In this document: positions 57,793-64,000 of the stretch, in pieces
Layout of the letters: every line of letters begins with the position of its first letter
Numbering within the stretch: position 1 is the first letter of the stretch
NCBI RefSeq assembly: GCF_024502345.1
Contig: NZ_JALDNN010000001.1
Origin: Escherichia coli
GTDB taxonomy: Bacteria; Pseudomonadota; Gammaproteobacteria; Enterobacterales; Enterobacteriaceae
Length of the DNA stretch: 64,000 nucleotides
Reading direction: 5' to 3' (one strand)
The notes under the pieces: model-generated
Database searches by the model: none
What the model was told of the DNA's origin: nothing
Seen by the model: only the letters and a program-made list of their open reading frames with translations
Translations under genes and position numbers: made by a program

Positions 57793-58251
57793 ATGACAAC
57801 ACAGACGCAGCACGACCTCGCACCCGCTAACCAACCCGAATTTGAACTGACCGTCACGCCGGTCCCCGATGAACAGCGTATCGATTTCTGGCCACAGTAC
57901 TTTGGCGCTATCCCGCAGTGGCTACTCCTGGAGCCGCATATCTTCGCCTGGATGGACCGCTTCTGTGAGGGCTACAGCGGTGGTATCTGGTCGTTCTACA
58001 CCCTCAGCAATGGCGGCGCATTTATGTCCCCCGAGCCTGACAACGATGAGACATGGCGTCTGTTTAACTGCCTGAACGGTAACGATGCCCAAATGAGTGC
58101 AGAAGCAGCAGGTATTGCTGTCTGCCTGATTGCGTATAGCCACCATGCCTGCCGTACAGAATGTGACGCGATGACCGCACACTATTACCGCCTGCGGGAG
58201 TATGCCATGCAACATCCAGAGGCTCACGCCATTCTGCGTATTATCGACTGA
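57793..58251 (+). CDS. antirestriction protein (KlcA/ArdB-like; YafX/YfjX family)
   Basis: ORF 57580..58251; start at MTTQTQHDLAPANQPEFELTVTPVPDEQRIDFWPQYFGAIPQWLLLEPHIFAWMDRFCEGYSGGIWSFYTLSNGGAFM... Confidence 0.75.
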   Translation: MTTQTQHDLAPANQPEFELTVTPVPDEQRIDFWPQYFGAIPQWLLLEPHIFAWMDRFCEGYSGGIWSFYTLSNGGAFMSPEPDNDETWRLFNCLNGNDAQMSAEAAGIAVCLIAYSHHACRTECDAMTAHYYRLREYAMQHPEAHAILRIID

Positions 58252-58266
58252 CCGAAGGAGCAACAG

Positions 58267-58743
58267 ATGAAACAGCTTTCCTTTTTACCCGGCGAGATGA
58301 CGCCACAGGACCGGCGTCTCATTCAGCGGGCGCTCAGGGCTCTGGACCGCCACCTGCATGAGCCCGGCGTAGCCTTCACCTCTACCCACGCCGTACGTGA
58401 ATGGCTGCGACTGCATATGGCCGCGCTTGAGCGGGAAGAGTTCCGGGTGTTGTATCTGGACAACCAGAATCAGTTGATTGCCCATGAAACGCTCTTCACC
58501 GGCACGATTAACCGCACCGAGGTGCATCCCCGGGAGGTGGTCAAACGTGCTCTGCACTTCAACGCGGCGGCGGTGATACTCGCGCATAACCATCCTTCCG
58601 GCGAGACGACACCTAGCCAGGCCGACAAAACCCTCACGCAGCGACTGGTTCAGGTGCTTCAGCTGGTGGATATCCGTGTCCTTGACCATCTGATTGTCGG
58701 TGGCAGGCAAATCTATTCGTTCGCAGAACACGGTCTGCTTTGA
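58267..58743 (+). CDS. RadC-like JAB/MPN-domain protein (YkfG/YeeS/YfjY family)
   Basis: 158-aa ORF with JAMM motif ...AAAVILAHNHPSGETTPSQADKTLTQRL... Confidence 0.8.
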   Translation: MKQLSFLPGEMTPQDRRLIQRALRALDRHLHEPGVAFTSTHAVREWLRLHMAALEREEFRVLYLDNQNQLIAHETLFTGTINRTEVHPREVVKRALHFNAAAVILAHNHPSGETTPSQADKTLTQRLVQVLQLVDIRVLDHLIVGGRQIYSFAEHGLL

Positions 58744-58751
58744 GGTATTAC

Positions 58752-58973
58752 ATGAAAATTATCAGTAAACGCAGGGCAATGACGATATACCGCCAGCATC
58801 CTGAGTCCCGAATCTTTCGCTACTGCACCGGCAAATACCAGTGGCACGGTAGCGTCTGTCATTACACCGGCAGGGACGTTCCGGATATCGCCGGAGTCCT
58901 CGCGGTATACGCCGAACGCCGCCAGGACCGCAATGGGCCCTATACCTGCCTGATGAGCATCACCCTGAACTGA
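58752..58973 (+). CDS. DUF987-family protein (YkfH/YeeT/YpjJ-like)
   Basis: ORF 58740..58973; start at MKIISKRRAMTIYRQHPESRIFRYCTGKYQWHGSVCHYTGRDVPDIAGVLAVYAERRQDRNGPYTCLMSITLN. Confidence 0.65.
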   Translation: MKIISKRRAMTIYRQHPESRIFRYCTGKYQWHGSVCHYTGRDVPDIAGVLAVYAERRQDRNGPYTCLMSITLN

Positions 58974-58991
58974 CAATAGTGGAGAACTGTA

Positions 58992-59671
<680 letters not shown>

Positions 59672-60249
59672 ACATTGCGTACAACCTTCCCGATTTACAT
59701 TTCTGAACTTCCTCCCTTGTTTACCTATTGCGTAATGCGCCTGCTACTACCCGGCAGGCGCGTTATCTTTTTACGGACAAACAATCATGCAACCAGAAGT
59801 TGAAGTATTAACCGATCATAATGAGCTAATTTGTTCGAGCTTTATTGAACACATTGCCAACACATTAAATTTAGGAGTGGTGTACAACTAAACCTGCAGC
59901 CAAGGATGTATAGTGAGCGAAGCCCTATCAGGCCTTTTTGGTCAGTAGATAAGATTGATCTTCGTTGATAGAATTTACTTACACCAGCTGTTACATTAAG
60001 ATAATTTTTTGGTGGGAGAATGATAAGATCTTACGTAACAATTTGATTTTAATGGTGCGATAATAGGAACATAACACACCACATATAACCATTGATAAAC
60101 ATACATATTTTCTTGTTTCATCTTTATAAATGCCCCCTTTTGTGCCCCCGCCTTGGTTTTCATACGACTCGATGAGCCTTTCATCGAGTCGTTAATCTCA
60201 CCAATTTCTTCACAGACCGTGCAAACCTTCTCAGCTCTTTAAGCCCCCC

Positions 60250-60618
60250 TCACTGACGCGATCGGCTAAGAACAATATTACTTACTTCCCGATAAGAACA
60301 ACTGTTCATTAATCCGCATGCTTTCCTGGCATGAAGGATATCTGTCACGGTCAGATATGGCGCTTGTTCCTGTGAGGAAAATCCACTGCGATCGATACGG
60401 ACTAACTCATACTTCTCCACCAGAAAGTTGATAGCATTAGCCAGGGTGATACCGGCATCGATATGTTCCTGTATGACGGTTTCATCACAGAAAGGTGTAT
60501 CGTTTAGCGTCAGGCCATAATGCTGTTCCAGCAGACGACTAAGTAACATTTGCCAGATAGTCACGGGCGATAGGCATGGCTTCGCCGCCCGCATATTTTT
60601 TGCAGGTTGAAATTTCAT
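60250..60618 (-). CDS. type IV toxin, CbtA family, second divergent copy
   Basis: 122-aa [83 protein letters not shown]... Confidence 0.8.
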   Translation of the reverse strand: MKFQPAKNMRAAKPCLSPVTIWQMLLSRLLEQHYGLTLNDTPFCDETVIQEHIDAGITLANAINFLVEKYELVRIDRSGFSSQEQAPYLTVTDILHARKACGLMNSCSYREVSNIVLSRSRQ

Positions 60619-60638
60619 TTTTTCTCTCGTGAAAGTAA

Positions 60639-60956
60639 TTAACGTTGAGTGGGATAAACGGCGATGTATACGTAGCCGCAGCTGCCAAGGGTATCGGCTT
60701 CGCAGGTAAAACCGTCGTGGTACAGGGTGACGCTGTGGGCATGACGAGGATTCAGTTCACCGGAGGTCAGCATCAATTCCATCTGGCTGATAAAGTGCGG
60801 GAAAGTTTCATCCAGTTTCCGGCATTCGGCGTCACTGAATTGACCGGTGTTGCTGGCCCGGTCAGCCAGATAATGCAGCCGGTTCCCTTCTTGCACAAGG
60901 CGGGCTCCCAGGCGCGGCGTGATATCCCGCTGCAGGCCCCATGTGATGTTACTCAT
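60639..60956 (-). CDS. type IV antitoxin, CbeA family, second copy
   Basis: 105-aa [108 protein letters not shown] (~85% identical to first copy). Confidence 0.8.
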   Translation of the reverse strand: MSNITWGLQRDITPRLGARLVQEGNRLHYLADRASNTGQFSDAECRKLDETFPHFISQMELMLTSGELNPRHAHSVTLYHDGFTCEADTLGSCGYVYIAVYPTQR

Positions 60957-60975
60957 TGATAAACCTCTTTTATTT

Positions 60976-61197
60976 TCAATTCAGGGTGATGCTCATTAGA
61001 CAGGCATAAGGCCCGTTGCGATCCTGGCGGCGTTCGGCGTATATCGCCAGCACACCGGGAATGTCAGGAACCACCTTACCGGTGTAATGACAGACACTGC
61101 CATGCCACTGGTATCTGCCAGTGCAGAATCGAAAAATGCGGGAGGCCGGATGCTGACGGTAAATCGTCATTGCCCGGCGTTTACTGATAATTTTCAT
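60976..61197 (-). CDS. DUF987-family protein, second copy
   Basis: ORF 60976..61209; start at MKIISKRRAMTIYRQHPASRIFRFCTGRYQWHGSVCHYTGKVVPDIPGVLAIYAERRQDRNGPYACLMSITLN. Confidence 0.65.
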   Translation of the reverse strand: MKIISKRRAMTIYRQHPASRIFRFCTGRYQWHGSVCHYTGKVVPDIPGVLAIYAERRQDRNGPYACLMSITLN

Positions 61198-61205
61198 GTC
61201 ATACC

Positions 61206-61688
61206 TCAAAGCAAACCGTGTTCAGCGAACGACAATATCTGCGTGCCACCGACGATGAGATGGTCAGGCACACGGATATCAACGAGCTGAAGCGCCTGCA
61301 CCAGACGCTGCGTGACAGCTTTATCAGCCTGACTGGGTGTGGTGTCACCGGAAGGGTGGTTATGCGCAAATAACACTGCTGCCGCATTGAAATACAGGGC
61401 CCGCTTGACCACCTCACGGGGATGAACCTCGGTGCTGCTGATGGAACCGGCAAACAGGATTTCGTGGGTAATCAACTGGTTCTGCTGGTTCAGGTACAGC
61501 ACCATAAACTCTTCGCGCTCCAGTCCCGCCATTTTCAGTTTCAGCCAGTCACGGGCAGCCTGAGTGGAGGTGAATGCCACACCTGTTTCTCGCAGGTGTC
61601 GGTCAAGCAGCGTTAAAGCGCGTTTTACCGTGCGTTGTGCGGCCAATGGAAGTGCCGTAGCCTGTGGGATAAGTGACTGTTCCATCAT
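61206..61688 (-). CDS. RadC-like JAB/MPN-domain protein, second copy
   Basis: 160-aa ORF ...AAAVLFAHNHPSGDTTPSQADKAVTQRLVQALQLVDIRVPDHLIVGG... Confidence 0.8.
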   Translation of the reverse strand: MMEQSLIPQATALPLAAQRTVKRALTLLDRHLRETGVAFTSTQAARDWLKLKMAGLEREEFMVLYLNQQNQLITHEILFAGSISSTEVHPREVVKRALYFNAAAVLFAHNHPSGDTTPSQADKAVTQRLVQALQLVDIRVPDHLIVGGTQILSFAEHGLL

Positions 61689-61696
61689 AAGTATCC

Positions 61697-62587
61697 TTAA
61701 TCAATAATGCGCAGAATGGCGCTGGATTCAGGGTGCTGCAGAACGTAATCCCGCAGGCGGTAATAGTGTTCAGTCATGGCATTGCATTCGGTGCGACAGG
61801 TGTGATGGCTGTATTCAATCAGGCAGACAGTGATACCTGCGGCTTCCGCGCTCATTTGCGCACTATTGCCGTTCATGCCGTTGAACAGGTGCCATTTATC
61901 GTCACCGTCAGCATCAGGGGCCATAAACGCTCCGCCATTGCTGAGCGTATAAAAGGACCAGATACCGAAAGTCATCTCCGACTGGCTGCCGAAGCGAACT
62001 CCGGCGCGGATATGCTGTGCGCTACCGTCACCAAAGTTCACGTAGCCTCCATTGTCATGACCGTTATTCAGGGACAGCCCCTGCCAGATATACTGAAGCT
62101 GCGGCTCCAGTATCAGGCCATTGGTCACACTGAACGGCAGACCCGTTTCCAGCGAACCCAGCCAGCCCCAGCCGTGGGTAGCGAAACTGTCTGCATCAGA
62201 CGTCGCTTTCAGGTTATGACGGGAGCCCTGAGCCACCACATCTGTCCACAGGCCGCTGGCGGCATGCACGGCGGTCAGATAACCGCCCAGGCTGTACACA
62301 TCATCACGGGCACTCCCGGCACGGGAGCGGTCATCGTCTTTTATATCAACAGAAGAATGTCCCGCTGCACCATACACACCGGCTTTCAGCGAAGAGTTGC
62401 TCAGCAAGTCGCCGCCCAGTTGTACAAAGCCGTAGCTGCCGCTGCTTTCCGGTATCGCACCCTGCGCAATTCCGCCGTTATTTTCATGCCCCATATGACC
62501 ACCCTGGATGCGCCCCCAGACTCCGCTGCCACCTTTGACCGCGCTGCGCTGGTTGTAGCTACCTGCCAGTGCGCGGTCATAGTCCAT
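61697..62587 (-). pseudogene. in-frame fusion: Ag43-like autotransporter beta-domain fragment (N-terminal ~207 aa) + C-terminal half of antirestriction protein
   Basis: ...LEPQLQYIWQGLSLNNGHDNGGYVNFGDGSAQHIRAGVRFGSQSEMTFG (Ag43/flu C-terminal beta-barrel segment) joined to IWSFYTLSNGGAFMAPDADGDDKWHLFNGMNGNSAQMSAEAAGITVCLIEYSHH...ILRIID (matches residues ~66-152 of the intact antirestriction gene at 57793-58251). Confidence 0.6.
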
Positions 62588-62646
62588 GCTCTGCGCAAAC
62601 AGCGAAGCATAAAGAGCAACTTCAGCACGATAGCCAGCTTCGCTGG

Positions 62647-63012
62647 TCAGATACCCACAGCTTCACCCGCCAGACAGGGCGCGTCGTTGCAGTTCAGCAG
62701 CAGGCTGACCAGTCGACGGTCCAGCCCCGGAAACAGATCGGCTACACCTGTACGATGAGCGAAGGTCAGCACATCCAGCTCGGCCTGCGCACCACTCACG
62801 CCCGTCCGCAGGCGGTAACAACCGTTGCTACATTCAAGATCCAGATACATCAGCCGTTCGCGAAAATCGCGGTACAGAGTACGAGCAGATACACCAAACT
62901 CTGCTGTCAGCCTGCGCATATTCAGCGTTTCACCTGCAACGAGGCGACTGATAATCAGCGACAGCCTGATCGCCAGCCTGTCGTGGCGGCGCTCTGTCTG
63001 TGTCATTATCAT
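62647..63012 (-). pseudogene. HTH transcriptional regulator fragment (YfjR-like, N-terminal ~105 aa only)
   Basis: [54 protein letters not shown]... HTH then early stop; only ~60 bp separates it from the Ag43 fragment. Confidence 0.45.
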
Positions 63013-63232
63013 TTCTCCATACGAGTTAACTGACTGAAAGGGTTATGATTCTAAAGAAGGGGTCTGACAGGGTATGTCCGGGGCAATAACTATTTTTCGA
63101 TGGACAGGAAGCCACTGCTCACTGGGTAAGCCGGGGTTTTTGTTCAATTAATCAGCAATACAAGAAGAGGTGAATTGACAGGGCATGTCATTCTTTAACG
63201 AGGCATTAACTTTTCAGATGCAGAATCTGAAT

Positions 63233-63979
63233 TTAAACAGACTGAAACTGTGACAACATCGTTTCCGCCATCACCCACAGCGCACGGTTGAGTTTTACGT
63301 CCCCGTCAATGCCACGCACCGCACGGGTATGCGTTCGCCCGCCTTTAGCATTACGTCCACTAAGCCCGCCCTTAATCAGGTTTTCCTGTACACGCTGATA
63401 AGTGGTCCACAGATCATTGCTCTCATCCTGCCAGCGGCGTGGGGAGAGTATCTGCGATTCATTAACAGGCTGGTGGTCCTCACCAAAGCGATACGTAAGC
63501 GCTGCTTTAGCAAGTGCCTGCTGCGCAGGTGGCGGTAGCATCAGAGACTGCATGGCATCGCGTTTCTCTTCCACCCGGTCAAAAATCCCAAGCACTTCAT
63601 AAGCCCCTTCAATCACCTGACTCACCACATCACCTTTGTGTGGTACCCGCACCTCACCAAACGACTCACCGCAGACAAGCCCGTTCTGACACACCGCACG
63701 AAATAATCCCGGCAGCATTTGATACGAACTGGTGCCATCATGAGAGTTAAGCAGAATGATTTCCGGCACCTGTTTACCTGTAATTTGCCCCTCCCGACGC
63801 AGGCGAAGCATGTGCTTGGTGTGTTCCCGACGCCCCGGGTCACGCACGCGGGTCTGACAGGCAAAGAATGGCTGAAAGCCTTCGCGCTGCAGGTTGTCCA
63901 GCAGGGATATGGTTGGAATATAGGTATAACGTTCGCTGCGGGATTTGTGTTTGTCCTGACTGAAAACGCTGGGCACCAC
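63233..63979 (-). CDS. DUF932-family protein (YafZ/YfjQ-like), CP4-type prophage remnant; true start may lie beyond the window end
   Basis: 248-aa ORF ...ILLNSHDGTSSYQMLPGLFRAVCQNGLVCGESFGEVRVPHKGDVVSQVIEGAYEVLGIFDRVEEKRDAMQSLML... Confidence 0.55.
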   Translation of the reverse strand: MVPSVFSQDKHKSRSERYTYIPTISLLDNLQREGFQPFFACQTRVRDPGRREHTKHMLRLRREGQITGKQVPEIILLNSHDGTSSYQMLPGLFRAVCQNGLVCGESFGEVRVPHKGDVVSQVIEGAYEVLGIFDRVEEKRDAMQSLMLPPPAQQALAKAALTYRFGEDHQPVNESQILSPRRWQDESNDLWTTYQRVQENLIKGGLSGRNAKGGRTHTRAVRGIDGDVKLNRALWVMAETMLSQFQSV

Positions 63980-64000
63980 ACGAAACAGCTCTTCACGGGT

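Noticed and set aside
59672-60249. Possible tRNA or att site between the two convergent toxin genes, and small ORFs (e.g. 34-aa MQPEVEVLTDHNELICSSFIEHIANTLNLGVVYN at ~59787-59891)
   Set aside because: No cloverleaf-compatible tRNA sequence or known tRNA 3' end recognised by eye; small ORFs are unsupported; needs tRNAscan-SE

Overview
The window is an Escherichia coli-type chromosomal segment (non-K-12 alleles), reversed relative to the K-12 map, whose most striking content is a GC-rich ~15 kb island matching the published transmissible locus of stress tolerance / locus of heat resistance (tLST/LHR). I do not see a clearly undescribed system; all homology calls are from recall and by-eye alignment, with no database search. 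Layout: (1) 0-24.9 kb is core genome: mhpFDCBA/mhpR, lacI-lacZYA, cynXST/cynR, codBA and prpEDCB, with REP/BIME repeats. (2) At ~25.0 kb an IS1 cuts prpR after codon ~45 and joins it to a 5'-truncated afuC followed by mmuM-mmuP. (3) 29.2-36.5 kb carries a second, divergent mhpT-E-F-D-C-B-A cluster (~88% nt identity in the mhpD segment compared) whose mhpA is cut by an intact IS30, followed by an IS911-like orfB fragment, an IS256-family transposase and an IS66 remnant. (4) 40.9-56.0 kb is the tLST-like island (HTH orf1, sHsp20, ClpK, FtsH, sHsp, YfdX1, YfdX2, HdeD, orf11, thioredoxin, KefB, PsiE, M48 protease, DegP), with an IS5-family remnant on its right. (5) 56.9-64 kb holds two convergent CP4-like prophage-remnant modules (antirestriction / RadC-like / DUF987 / CbeA-like antitoxin / CbtA-like toxin). 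Local lesions worth checking are an apparent in-frame loss of the FtsH Walker B segment and an Ag43-fragment/antirestriction gene fusion. No rRNA, tRNA or CRISPR array was seen. Coordinates for IS ends, repeats and regulatory sites are approximate (+/- a few bp).
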